64,000 bases of DNA from an uncultured delta proteobacterium (GCA_963712535.1 CAVQIK010000002.1:27250-91249), one strand, 5' to 3'; positions 10,962 to 20,453 are shown, counted from the stretch's first letter. Numbers and translations are program-made. Notes: generated by a model not told the origin, from the sequence alone.

Positions 10962-12692
10962 ATGGACCTTTTCATCATCCATGGCATCGTCGAGGAGCTG
11001 AAGGAAGAGATCGTCGGGGGGTTCATCGCCAAGATTTACCAGATGAACCGCACGGATCTTCTCTTTCGGGTCCGCCGGCAGGGAGAAGAGAAACAGCTTC
11101 TCGTCTCCACCCACCCCGATTTTTACCGCCTTCACCTCACCCAAAAGAAATACGCCAATCCAATGATCCCTCCCCGTTTCTGTACCTATCTGCGCAAACA
11201 CACGGAAGGCGCGAGAATTGCGGAAGTTACCCAGGACCCGTACGAAAGGGTGGTCCGCCTCACATTGCATAAGAAGATGGATGCGGGAGTAGTTCGGAGC
11301 CTGGTTTTGACGGCCGAGCTGATGGGGAAAGGAAGCAACGTCCTTCTCCTTGAAAACGGAAAAATTCTGGACTGTCTCCATTTCCGCAGGGAAGCCGAAG
11401 GGGCGGCCCGACCCGCTGCCCCCGGCCTCATCTATTCCCCTCCACCCGGCACGGGCCGGCTCGCGCCCGGAGAGCTGACCCCTGAAAAAGTGCAGGGCCT
11501 GATCGATGCCTCCGCAGGAGACCTTTGGAAGACTCTGGTGCAAAAGATCTCCGGACTGAACCCGCTCCTGGCGAAAGAGATCGAGTTCACCGCGAGCGGT
11601 AGGGCAGCCGCGGTCCTGGAGGACACCCGAAGGCTCTTCGACCGGTACGAAAGGAGCGATTTCGACCCGCGGGTTTACACGCTCCTGGGGGAGAAGAAAG
11701 TCCTGGCTCCTTTCCCCCTGAACAGCCTGGACCCCGCAATCCCGCAAAACGAGGGACAGGGCTTTTCCTCCATGAATCAGGCGGCCGACTCCTACTATTT
11801 CGAAGTGGCGACCAAGCGGCAGATCTCCGAGCAGAAGCAGGCCATCGAGAGGCGCCTTCGCCAGCTCCTTTCCCGGCTCCAGCGGCGGAGCGAGAACCTG
11901 CTCTTGGACCGGAAAAAACTGGAAGAAGACCTGGAGCTGAAAGCGTATGGAGAGATTCTGACCGCGAACTACCCGCGGCTGAAAAAAGGAATGCGGGAGA
12001 TCGAAGCCCTGGATTTCCGGCAGGACCCCCCAACGCCCGTCGTCGTGCCTCTCGAGGAGTCCCTGGACCCGTCGGGAAACGTCCAGCGGTATTTCCAGAA
12101 GTACAAAAAGGCCAAAAGGGGGCTGGAATTCACTGCGCGGCGGATCGGAGAGACCGAACAGGAGATCTCCTATTTGGAATCGGTCTTGTTCCAGGCGGAA
12201 GAGGCGGAGGATGGCGAGGATCTGCAAGCCGTCCGCGACGAGCTGGAAGAGGGGGGGATCCTCAGCCCCCCGAAACGGCAGAGATCGGCCAGGGAAAAGA
12301 AGGAGACCTCTTTGCCGGTGCGCCGTTTCCGCTCCTCCGAAGGCCTGGAAATTTTCTGCGGGAAACACAACCTGGGAAACGACTATCTTCTCCGAAACCT
12401 GGCTCGGGACAAGGACCTGTGGTTCCACGCGCAGGGCCTGCCCGGTTCCCATGTTCTCCTCAAGAGCGGCAGGGGAACTCCGAAATACGAGTCCATCCTG
12501 GAAGCGGCGGCGATCGCGGCGCATTACAGCCGCGGGCGGGGTTCGACGCGCCTCCCCGTCGATTACACGGAAGTAAAAAATCTGAGGAAGCCGAAAGGGG
12601 CCAAGCCGGGCATGGTGATTTATTACCATCAGAAAACCATCCTGGTCAAACCGGATAAGGAGAATATAGAAAAACTCGAGGAACGCCGATAG
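10962..12692 (+). CDS. rqcH: RqcH/FbpA-like NFACT family protein (ribosome quality control Ala-tailing factor homologue)
   Basis: N-terminal NFACT-N, central coiled-coil, and C-terminal NFACT-R/DUF814 (GLPGSHVLLKSG...PKGAKPGMVIYYHQKTI). Confidence 0.8.
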   Translation: MDLFIIHGIVEELKEEIVGGFIAKIYQMNRTDLLFRVRRQGEEKQLLVSTHPDFYRLHLTQKKYANPMIPPRFCTYLRKHTEGARIAEVTQDPYERVVRLTLHKKMDAGVVRSLVLTAELMGKGSNVLLLENGKILDCLHFRREAEGAARPAAPGLIYSPPPGTGRLAPGELTPEKVQGLIDASAGDLWKTLVQKISGLNPLLAKEIEFTASGRAAAVLEDTRRLFDRYERSDFDPRVYTLLGEKKVLAPFPLNSLDPAIPQNEGQGFSSMNQAADSYYFEVATKRQISEQKQAIERRLRQLLSRLQRRSENLLLDRKKLEEDLELKAYGEILTANYPRLKKGMREIEALDFRQDPPTPVVVPLEESLDPSGNVQRYFQKYKKAKRGLEFTARRIGETEQEISYLESVLFQAEEAEDGEDLQAVRDELEEGGILSPPKRQRSAREKKETSLPVRRFRSSEGLEIFCGKHNLGNDYLLRNLARDKDLWFHAQGLPGSHVLLKSGRGTPKYESILEAAAIAAHYSRGRGSTRLPVDYTEVKNLRKPKGAKPGMVIYYHQKTILVKPDKENIEKLEERR

Positions 12693-12727
12693 AATCTATC
12701 GGCAGGGCACCTGGTCGTAAAATAACT

Positions 12728-12763
12728 TTGTTTTTTATGCCTTTTTGGTTATAATAAAGGCAT
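12728..12763 (+). promoter_or_regulatory. sigma70-like promoter (TTGTTT-16-TATAAT) with a palindromic operator overlapping the -10 box, upstream of vapB
   Basis: ttgttttttATGCCTTTttggttataatAAAGGCATcaaaagaggagatgaggatATG. The inverted repeat ATGCCTTT/AAAGGCAT brackets the -10 box, with a strong RBS. Confidence 0.45.
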
Positions 12764-12782
12764 CAAAAGAGGAGATGAGGAT

Positions 12783-12989
12783 ATGCGTACTACTTTGGAT
12801 ATCGATGCAGAGCTGATAAAAAAAATTGTAAAGACAACGGGAACCAAGACCAAGAAAAAAGCAGTGGAGACGGCGATGAAGGAATTTCTTCGGGCAAAAC
12901 ACCGTGAAGAATTAAGCAACTTAATTGGTAACTACGATGAATTGGCGCTCAGCCTCGAAGAGTTGAAAAGGATGCGGGTTGGCTCCTGA
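12783..12989 (+). CDS. vapB: type II antitoxin VapB (ribbon-helix-helix type, MRTTLDID family)
   Basis: 68 aa, N-terminus MRTTLDIDAELIKK typical of VapB antitoxins. Lies directly upstream of and overlapping a PIN gene. Confidence 0.7.
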   Translation: MRTTLDIDAELIKKIVKTTGTKTKKKAVETAMKEFLRAKHREELSNLIGNYDELALSLEELKRMRVGS

Positions 12990-13398
12990 AAAAATATTCG
13001 TTGACACTTCTGCCTGGATCGTCAGCTTTAAAAAAGCTGGCGATCCGCGTCTAAAAGAATGGCTGAAACAATCCATTCTTTCCGGATCGGTCGTGACAAC
13101 GGGCATAATTATCCTGGAACTTATCCAGGGTTGTAGGTCGGTCGAGGAGCGGGATTCTTTGAGAAGTAAATTGGAGAGTCTTGATGTTTTGCCGATTACC
13201 CCGGCTGTTTGGGAGCAAGCTTATGATCTTGGCTTTACGCTCAGAAGAAAAGGCCTGACCATTCCCACAACCGATTCAATCATCGCCGCTCTTGCTATAG
13301 AAAGCAGCAGTGTCTTGCTCCACCAGGATGAGCATTACGAAAAGATATCTTCCCATTTCCCCCGCCTTCGCACGAAATATTTCAAAAGCAAAAGCTAG
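12979..13398 (+). CDS. vapC: type II toxin VapC (PIN-domain ribonuclease)
   Basis: PIN signature IFVDTSAWI with conserved acidic residues. TTG start overlaps the vapB stop by 11 nt. Confidence 0.8.
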   Translation: MAPEKIFVDTSAWIVSFKKAGDPRLKEWLKQSILSGSVVTTGIIILELIQGCRSVEERDSLRSKLESLDVLPITPAVWEQAYDLGFTLRRKGLTIPTTDSIIAALAIESSSVLLHQDEHYEKISSHFPRLRTKYFKSKS

Positions 13399-13420
13399 GA
13401 AAGCGTCTGGATACTTGGCT

Positions 13421-13461
13421 TTGAGGCTAAGGCTGAATTGTTCCCGCCCTTAGCCTCAGCC
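13421..13461. terminator. stem-loop between convergent vapC and the LarA-like gene
   Basis: GAGGCTAAGG-ctgaattgttcccg-CCTTAGCCTC, followed by a T-rich tract. Confidence 0.4.
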
Positions 13462-13481
13462 TAAATTTATTCTTTTGATCT

Positions 13482-14804
13482 CTAATCCGCCCACCGGGGC
13501 GGCCACTCCACGACCATATTTCCCGCTGTATCGAACGGGATCTCCTGGGCCCCCGAGACGACCTCCAGGTTCGGGTTGGACTTGGCTTCCTGGAGCATGG
13601 GCTCCGAGGCCCAGAGGTACTCGAGTTCCAGGGTGTTCTTCACCCAGGCGAGCCGCAGGTCCTTAGGGTCGAGGACTCCGGAATTGTCAAACGCCGCCTG
13701 AAGGGCGTCCCGGTCTCTTTCGTAGGAAATCGGGATTCGCCCGCATTCCGGCCCCATACCGGTGATGGAGTTGATCATGGTGGGCACGGGGTCGATCTTT
13801 TTCACAAGCCGGTGCGTGGTGTAGTCGGCGAACCCGATGCCGATGGCATTCCCTTCGGTTTCCGGGGTCAGATCGCGGACGAAGATCCGGGTAATCTTGG
13901 GCTCCTTTAGAGGGGGGCTGCCGATGAAGTACAGCCGCCCGGTGACGTTGGGGTCCATTCCCGCGCCGGTAATGTTTTTTCCGATCTCGTCCACCACGAG
14001 AAGGTCCATCTGCTTGAAGGGAAGGCGGGGCATGATTTCCTTTGCTCTTTTCAAGAGCTCTTTTTCCCCTTCGTAGAAATTCTGCGGCTCCAGGAGGTGA
14101 AGGGAAGCGGTCTGATCGTACTGATTTTCGATAATTCCGACCCCGAAGAAAAAGGGCAGGGCCTTGCGAGTGATGGGGAGGACCTCCCGGAAGATGGCCG
14201 GATATCCGTTTTTGATGGTCAGGCGGTGGGCCATAAGGGCTCCCTGGTGCTTGCCCATCCCGATGACAATCATCTTGCTGATCCCGCTTTCCACTTCATG
14301 GTCGAAATCGGTATGGGGCTTGATCCGGTTGACCACAACGATCTTGTCGGCCTTCTCGCAGATATTCTTGTCCACCAGGACCGGGGTCCCGAAACTGGTT
14401 CTCCCGATCTCCTTCACTTCCATCGAGGAGACGATGGGGGCGCCCACGTATTCTTCCGTGATGCCCAGGTGATGCAACATCTTCACCTGTCCTTCGGCCG
14501 TGGCGCCGCCGTGGGACCCCATGCAGGGGACCAGGAAGGGTTTCGCGCCCAGGGCCTTCAGGCGGGTGGCGATGGTCTTCAGCACCTTGGCTTTGTCGCG
14601 GATCCCGCGGCTGCCGGCAGTGAGGGCGATCCGCTCGCCGGGTTTCACTTTCTGGGAAAGTCCGAACCGGTCGAGCAGCCCGTTCATCTCTTTCTCCACG
14701 TCCGCCAATCGCGGGCTGGCGATCTTCTGGCGGATCTTAAAAACGCGGGGCAGGGGATCCATATGTTTATCTACCTCCTGAAGAATTTTGGCACAGTATA
14801 CCAC
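13482..14804 (-). CDS. LarA-like (DUF2088, nickel-pincer lactate racemase family) protein
   Basis: Pattern match to LarA blocks (LTAGSRGI / CMGSHGGATAEG / GMGKHQGA). Paralogous in motif layout to ORF 42785..44038. Assignment is tentative. Confidence 0.45.
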   Translation of the reverse strand: MVYCAKILQEVDKHMDPLPRVFKIRQKIASPRLADVEKEMNGLLDRFGLSQKVKPGERIALTAGSRGIRDKAKVLKTIATRLKALGAKPFLVPCMGSHGGATAEGQVKMLHHLGITEEYVGAPIVSSMEVKEIGRTSFGTPVLVDKNICEKADKIVVVNRIKPHTDFDHEVESGISKMIVIGMGKHQGALMAHRLTIKNGYPAIFREVLPITRKALPFFFGVGIIENQYDQTASLHLLEPQNFYEGEKELLKRAKEIMPRLPFKQMDLLVVDEIGKNITGAGMDPNVTGRLYFIGSPPLKEPKITRIFVRDLTPETEGNAIGIGFADYTTHRLVKKIDPVPTMINSITGMGPECGRIPISYERDRDALQAAFDNSGVLDPKDLRLAWVKNTLELEYLWASEPMLQEAKSNPNLEVVSGAQEIPFDTAGNMVVEWPPRWAD

Positions 14805-14815
14805 CGAAAAACAAA

Positions 14816-14864
14816 ATGCGGAATGCGGAATAGTTCAAATGCGGAATTCGGAATGCGAAATTCC
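14816..14864. promoter_or_regulatory. tandem TGCGGAA heptamer array in the promoter region of the LarA-like gene
   Basis: aTGCGGAATGCGGAAtagttcaaaTGCGGAATTCGGAATGCGAAAttcc, giving five boxes as two pairs plus one. Confidence 0.3.
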
Positions 14865-14879
14865 CTCCCCCTTGACGGG

Positions 14880-15376
14880 CATAGGCGCTAACTTAACCCC
14901 CCTTTGAAAAAGGGGGGAGGGGGGATTTTCAGTGGGAGCCGAGCTGTGTTGAAGTACTGTGCAAATCTCAAAGCCAAATCCCGCCCATTGCGAAGTAATT
15001 TGACAGAGAGCGAAAGAGCTCTTTGGTCAGGATTGCGGAGTAAACAGGTCCTTGGTGTCCAATTTTATCGTCAGAAACCCATGGGCGAATATATCGTGGA
15101 TTTCTTCGCGCCACGGGCAAAGTGGGTCACAGAAGTTGATGGATCACAGCATGTGGAAGAAAAACAAGCCAAGAAAGATAAAAATCGCGATGACTATTTG
15201 GCCTCTCTTGGGTTCAAAGTCTTGCGATTTACCAGCAGAGAAGTTCTGAAGGAAAGGGAGGATGTGGCGGAGGTTATCTACCGTACTATTAAAGAGAACC
15301 TATCAGCAGAAATCCCCCCTGGCCCCCCTTTGCAAAGGGGGGAATTGAAGAAAAAAATCCTAAGTTAGCGCTTATG
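14880..15376. mobile_element. MITE-like non-autonomous insertion (about 497 bp) with 16-bp terminal inverted repeats and 12-bp target-site duplication, carrying a DUF559 ORF and two REP units
   Basis: Left end is CCCCTTGACGGG|CATAGGCGCTAACTTA at 14868-14895. Right end is TAAGTTAGCGCTTATG|CCCCTTGACGGG at 15361-15388. The TIRs match 15/16 and the 12-bp direct repeat is perfect. Confidence 0.55.
14904..15368 (+). CDS. DUF559 (Vsr-like) endonuclease-domain protein; N- and C-terminal extensions are encoded by REP units
   Basis: Core LRSNLTESERALWSGLRSKQ...FYRQKPMGEYIVDFF...VTEVDGSQH...RDDYLASLGFKVLRFTSREV matches the DUF559 family. The likely true start is GTG/TTG near 14944. Confidence 0.7.
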   Translation: MKKGGGGIFSGSRAVLKYCANLKAKSRPLRSNLTESERALWSGLRSKQVLGVQFYRQKPMGEYIVDFFAPRAKWVTEVDGSQHVEEKQAKKDKNRDDYLASLGFKVLRFTSREVLKEREDVAEVIYRTIKENLSAEIPPGPPLQRGELKKKILS

Positions 15377-15538
15377 CCCCTTGACGGGGGAGGGTGGGAT
15401 GGGAGTGATAAAGGGGATTTTTTCACACCTCTTCTCTCCACCTTCTGCACTTCCCGTTGTGACGGGAGAGGGTAGGGGCAGGGTTACCCCGCCCCTACGA
15501 TTGGGCGGGGAGACCTCACCCCCGGGGGCATTTCCGCA

Positions 15539-16711
15539 TTAGGGAGGGATCAACACTCCTTCCGGCCAGTTCGGGGAAACAAGGACGTTTCCCCTTGCGT
15601 TCACGATAATTCCGTGGGCATTGGCAATTTTGGCAAGCAGGGAGAGCCCTTTCGCCGGCCCCAGGACGAAGACCGCGGTTGCCAAAGCATCCGCGTCCAT
15701 GGCCGATGGGGCCATAACGGTTACGCTCTGGCACTGGCGGGCCGGCTTTCCGGTCACTGGGTTTAATATATGGTGGTATCTCTCCCCCTCTTTCACGAAA
15801 AATTTCTCGTAATCCCCCGAGGTCGCTACGGCTGCGTTCCGGGGCCTGAGCTTGGCTATGAATTCGGATGGCAGGCGGGGATGCTGGATGCCCACGACCC
15901 AGGGCACGCCCGGTTCCTTTTCTCCGTGAGCCTTAAGATCTCCCCCGGCGTTCACCAGGAAATTCTCCACCCCTTTTTTTCCGAGCGCTTGGCAAGCCCT
16001 GTCCACGGCATAGCCTTTGGCAATGGCGCCCAAGTCGATCTCCATTCCGGGCTCATCGAGAAAAACGGAGGAATGGGCGGAATCCACCCGGACTTTCCGG
16101 TAGCCCAACCGTTTCAAGTTCTCCCGCAGGAGAGCTTCATCAGGGGTTTTTCTCTCCCGGAAATTCCAAAGCCGAAAAACGGGCCCAATGGTAATGTCGA
16201 AGGCTCCCCCGGACAGCCGGGAAAAGAAGAGGGCACGTTCGATGACCTCCAGCGTCTCCGGCGAGACCAGGATTTCTTTCTTGCCGGCGTTCCGGCTAAT
16301 CCGGCTGACCTCGCTATCCGACCGGTAATTGCTCATCAGGAAATCGACCCTGTCCACTTCCTGGAAGGCGGCTTCTACGGCGTGTTCCGCCTGTTTTGCT
16401 TCGCCGTGGGACACGGTGATCTCGACCGAGGTTCCCATGACGATTCGAGACTGGCGGAATATTCGATCCTTCTCTGCTTGACCTTGGGATGGAGATGAAA
16501 AGGAGAGGAGGGAAAGAAAAAAAGCGATCAGGAAACAATTACGGATTGCGGGCTGCGGAGTGCGGAATACCCGTTTACCGACTCCCGCTCTCCTCGAGGG
16601 GGGCCGCTCGGGATTCATCGGTTGAGGATCGGAGATTGGGGAATTTGCGGATGGTTGGGTAAAACGGGTTTTCAGTTTCTGGTTCCGAATTCGAAGGATT
16701 AAACACGCCAT
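15539..16711 (-). CDS. apbE: FAD:protein FMN transferase ApbE
   Basis: ApbE family blocks (MGTSVEI, DITIGPV, GAIAKGYAVD, signal peptide). The true start is probably the internal Met near 16618. Confidence 0.85.
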   Translation of the reverse strand: MACLILRIRNQKLKTRFTQPSANSPISDPQPMNPERPPSRRAGVGKRVFRTPQPAIRNCFLIAFFLSLLSFSSPSQGQAEKDRIFRQSRIVMGTSVEITVSHGEAKQAEHAVEAAFQEVDRVDFLMSNYRSDSEVSRISRNAGKKEILVSPETLEVIERALFFSRLSGGAFDITIGPVFRLWNFRERKTPDEALLRENLKRLGYRKVRVDSAHSSVFLDEPGMEIDLGAIAKGYAVDRACQALGKKGVENFLVNAGGDLKAHGEKEPGVPWVVGIQHPRLPSEFIAKLRPRNAAVATSGDYEKFFVKEGERYHHILNPVTGKPARQCQSVTVMAPSAMDADALATAVFVLGPAKGLSLLAKIANAHGIIVNARGNVLVSPNWPEGVLIPP

Positions 16712-16749
16712 GGTTTAGACGATGTCATTTCGTTGGCTTGTTTGACGGC

Positions 16750-17298
16750 CTATTTTTCCTGGAGCTGTTTTTTCAGACCCTGGGGGAGCTGGGTTGCGAG
16801 TTGGGGAAACGATTCTATCATTCTCAATATGTCGGCCAGATCCTTTTGCCGTTTGCTCCGCCGCCGGGTTTCGTCCGTGTAGGCCCACACCTTCCCCTGC
16901 AGCACATCCTCCAACGCCGCAACTTTCATCTTGTAGCCAAGGATGTCCCGTACTTCGGCCCGGGCAATGAAACCCTGGTACCGGGGATCGGTCTGAATTT
17001 GAATTCGAAGGTCCGAGCCAGGACCGCTGATGTTGATGCTATGCTCAAACCGGTCAAGTTTCAGCTCATGCTCTAGGGCGGCCTTTTCGACGTTTTCAAT
17101 GTCATGCACTGCGATCACGATATCAATGTCCAGGCTCACCACGGGCTCGACATATGCGTTTACGGCAAGCCCCCCGATCACGCAATAGCGCGACCCTGTT
17201 TCTGCGAGAATACCGAGGAGCTGTTGAAGGAGGTCGGATTTCCCTCTGGCGACAGAATTTAGAAATTCTTTGCCGGTCATCGTATTCCCCTGGGCCAC
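16750..17298 (-). CDS. nucleotidyltransferase-fold protein (possible TA/abortive-infection-type component)
   Basis: Minimal NTase-like motif (YCVIGGLAVNAY...SLDIDIVI). Adjacent to the DUF2442/DUF4160 pair. Confidence 0.4.
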   Translation of the reverse strand: MAQGNTMTGKEFLNSVARGKSDLLQQLLGILAETGSRYCVIGGLAVNAYVEPVVSLDIDIVIAVHDIENVEKAALEHELKLDRFEHSINISGPGSDLRIQIQTDPRYQGFIARAEVRDILGYKMKVAALEDVLQGKVWAYTDETRRRSKRQKDLADILRMIESFPQLATQLPQGLKKQLQEK

Positions 17299-17354
17299 CG
17301 AACGCCAGAGTTAAGGGTCGCGGGCTTTCTTGCCGTGCCCTCTTGAACGCCCTG

Positions 17355-17600
17355 TTATGCCAAAACTTTCATTTTATCGTATAAAAATTCAGGAGCTAGG
17401 TCGGATCCATTATCCCAGACGATGGTTTCAAGGTCAGGATCAACTTTGAAAGACTTAAACCTCTCTATGTCTAATAGCGGTTTAAAGACTTCACCGTAAA
17501 GTTCACCTTTGAGGTCCACCATGCCTTCAGCGCCATCGTTGAATCTGAGCCATAGCACGTAATCATGTAAGTATTTTGCTTCTTTGACGTGCAGTATCAT
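17355..17600 (-). CDS. DUF2442 domain protein
   Basis: 81 aa with a pattern typical of DUF2442 (LWLRFNDGAEGMVDL). Confidence 0.8.
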   Translation of the reverse strand: MILHVKEAKYLHDYVLWLRFNDGAEGMVDLKGELYGEVFKPLLDIERFKSFKVDPDLETIVWDNGSDLAPEFLYDKMKVLA

Positions 17601-17604
17601 AGTT

Positions 17605-17862
17605 TTACTCCAACGGTTGAATTCTTTTCAAAGGTTTGCTTTCCTCGGCCAATTTCCAATCGTCCATTAATTCATCTTGGTGAAGTTGTCGCCATTCCTG
17701 GACCATACTCAGAACCCTCTGCGAAATATTCCCGGTCACCTTCCCAGTTTGAATCTCAACCGTCACTTCTCCATCTCCATATTTCGCATGGAAATGCGGC
17801 GGCTGATGTTCCCGCCAGAACATGAAAACAATTATTCCAAAAAATCTGCTGATAATAGGCAT
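17605..17862 (-). CDS. DUF4160 domain protein
   Basis: 85 aa with the DUF4160 hallmark (FMFWREHQPPHFHAKYGDGE). 4-nt spacing to the DUF2442 gene, a common two-gene cassette. Confidence 0.8.
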   Translation of the reverse strand: MPIISRFFGIIVFMFWREHQPPHFHAKYGDGEVTVEIQTGKVTGNISQRVLSMVQEWRQLHQDELMDDWKLAEESKPLKRIQPLE

Positions 17863-17894
17863 TCCCTATCTCCTATTTTACCGCATTATTAAAT

Positions 17895-20453
17895 TTACCC
17901 CCACAAGATGAGCCCCAGAGAATAGGGGTTGGAGAGGAGGGGATGGGAAGGGAGGACCCGGACCTTGAAACCGAAGCGGCCCACCTTCCGGCAAGGGATC
18001 TCCCCCCGGAAGATCGTCCGGGACCCCTCCTGGCTGAAATTACGCAGGAGCATGGTTTCCCGGTCCAGGAACTCGGCCTTGGAGTCCACGAGCCCGTAGT
18101 AGATATCCACCGCCAGGTCTTGCGGAGAAAGCCTCCCCAGCTCCATCTGGACTTCCACTTTCAGGCTTTCTCCGAACGGGATCGGGCCTTTGCCTTCGGC
18201 CACCTTTCCCACAATCCGCATCTGCGGCCAGTTTTCCCGCACGATGTTTCATCCAGGCGGTGAGCTGGCGGGCCCCCTTGAATGAATCCGCTTCCATCTT
18301 TTTCCAGTTCAGGGCCGAGGGGAGGTACAGCTGCTTGATATAGTCCTGAAGCATCCGGTGGGAGTTGAAGCGGCCCACGAGGTTCAGCATGGAATTTTTC
18401 ATCATGGCGATCCATCCCCGGGGAAGGTTGTCCCGTCCCCGCTCATAAAACAGGGGGACCGCATACCTTTCCAGGAGGTCATAGATGGCCTGGCTTTCCA
18501 CGAAGTTCTGATATTCCGGGTCCTTGTACTCTTCGCCCGAGCCGATGGCCCAGCCCAGGCCGAGCTGGTAGCCTTCCGCCCACCAGCCGTCCAGGACGCT
18601 CATGTTCAACGCCCCGTTGGCCGCGGCCTTCATGCCGCTGGTGCCGCAGGCCTCCAGCGGCCGGCGGGGGTTGTTCAGCCAGATGTCGGAGCCCTGAACC
18701 ATGTACCGGGCCACGTTCAGGTCGTAGTCCTCGATGAAGACGATGCGGTCGCGGAATTCGGGGTGCTCGGCCAGGTGGATGATATTCTTGATGACCTCCT
18801 TCCCCTCGTTGTCCTGCGGATGGGCCTTTCCCGGCGAAGATGATCTGCACCGGCCGCTGGGGATGGTTCAGGATCTTGGACAGACGGGCCGGGTCTTTCA
18901 GGATCAGGTCTCCCCGCTTGTAGGTGGCAAACCGTCGGGCGAATCCGATGGTCAGCGCCTCCGGGTGCAGCACCTGGCTGGCGGCCTGAATCTCTTCTTT
19001 CTGACCGCCCCGCCGCCGGATCTGCTCCTGCAGCCTCTGGCGGGTGAAGGCGACCAGCCTCTCCCGCCGGCGTTCATGGGTCCGCCAGAGTTCGGCGTCG
19101 GGAATCCGTTCGACCCGCGTCCACACGGAGACATTATCCGGGTCTTCGGCCCACCGCCGGCCGAGGTAGCGGTCAAAAAGCCCGGCCATGTCATCGGAGA
19201 TGTAGGAGGGGATGTGGATCCCGTTGGTCACGCTCTCGATGGGAATATCCTCTTCCGGCAGGTACGGCCATATCTCCTGCCACATCCGGCGGGATACGGT
19301 CCGGTGGAGCTCGCTCACCCCGTTGGTCTTGGAAGAGCTCTTCAAGGCCATGACGGCCATGTTGAAGGAAGTCTTGGGGCCGTGCTCATTGGCGGATCCC
19401 GAGGGCCAGGAACGATTCCAGCGAGAGGTTCAGGGAGCGCAAGGTAATTTCCCAGGCAGGAGCCCACCAGGGAGGCATCGAAGATGTCGATCCCCGCGGG
19501 AATCGGGGTGTGGGTGGTGAACACGCTGCTGCCGTAAACGGCTTCCCGGGCCTCGGCGAAGGAAAGCCGCTCTTCCTCCATGAGAAGCCGGATTCTCTCC
19601 ACATTGGCCAGGGCCGAATGGCCCTCGTTCATGTGAAAGACCGTCGGCCGGACCCCCAGCCGTCTTCAGGGCGCGCACGCCGCCGATTCCCAGGACGATC
19701 TCCTGCTTCAGGCGCATCTCCCGGTCGCCGCCGTAGAGGGCGCAGGTGATGTCCCGGTCTTCTTCCGCGTTCTCCACGGTGTTGGTGTCGAGCATGAAGA
19801 GCGGCACTCGTCCCACCTGGATGCGCCAGATCCGGACCTTGACCTGGCGGTCCTTGATGGGAACGTCGATGGTCAGGGGATGTCGTTTTCGTCCCTTTCC
19901 AGTATGATCGGGAGGTTGTGAAAATCGTTGTCCGGGTAGGTCTCCTGCTGCCAGCCGTCCACGTTCAGGTACTGACGGAAATAGCCCTTTCTGGTAAAGC
20001 AGCCCTACTCCCACGACCGGGAAACGTAGATCGCTGGCGGATTTCAGGAAATCTCCGGCCAGGACTCCCAACCCGCCCGAGTAGATGGGCAGGCAATCGG
20101 TCAGGCCGAATTCGGCGGAGAAGTAGGCCACGGTGAAATCGATGGGGGTCTCCAGGCCGAAATCGTACTTGCGGCGGTCTTCCCGGTAGCGGGTGAACTC
20201 GTCGTAGATGCGGTCCATTTCCGAGAGGAAACCTTCGTCGCGGAAGAGCTCCAGGACGCGCTCCTGGCTCGAGCTGGCCCAGCATGGCCAGGGGGTTATG
20301 GCCGGTCTCCTCCCAGAGGTTCTGATCGATCGAGCGAAAGAGGTCGATGACCGGCAGGTTCCAGCTGAACCAGACGTTCTTCGCCATTTCCAGGAGCGGG
20401 CTCAGACGTGAGGGGAGATTGGGTATGACCGTATAAAGAAGGATATCTTTCAT
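17895..20453 (-). pseudogene. glgP: alpha-glucan (glycogen/maltodextrin) phosphorylase, GT35 with DUF3417-type N-terminus, disrupted by at least 4 frameshifts
   Basis: Five consecutive ORFs in alternating frames cover one phosphorylase: 19965..20453 (N-terminus NVWFSWN), 19430..20218 (AYFSAEFG...YSGGLGVLAGDFLKSASDL), 18479..19360, 18040..18714 and 17895..18242 (C-terminus). Confidence 0.8.

Noticed and set aside
10938-12629. 563-aa minus-strand ORF antisense to rqcH
   Set aside because: Arg/Pro/Leu-rich low-complexity translation typical of shadow ORFs in GC-rich DNA. The plus strand encodes a clearly conserved NFACT protein.
16541-16571. TGCGG triplet repeat as a second operator
   Set aside because: It lies inside the apbE coding region (signal-peptide segment), so it is probably coincidental.
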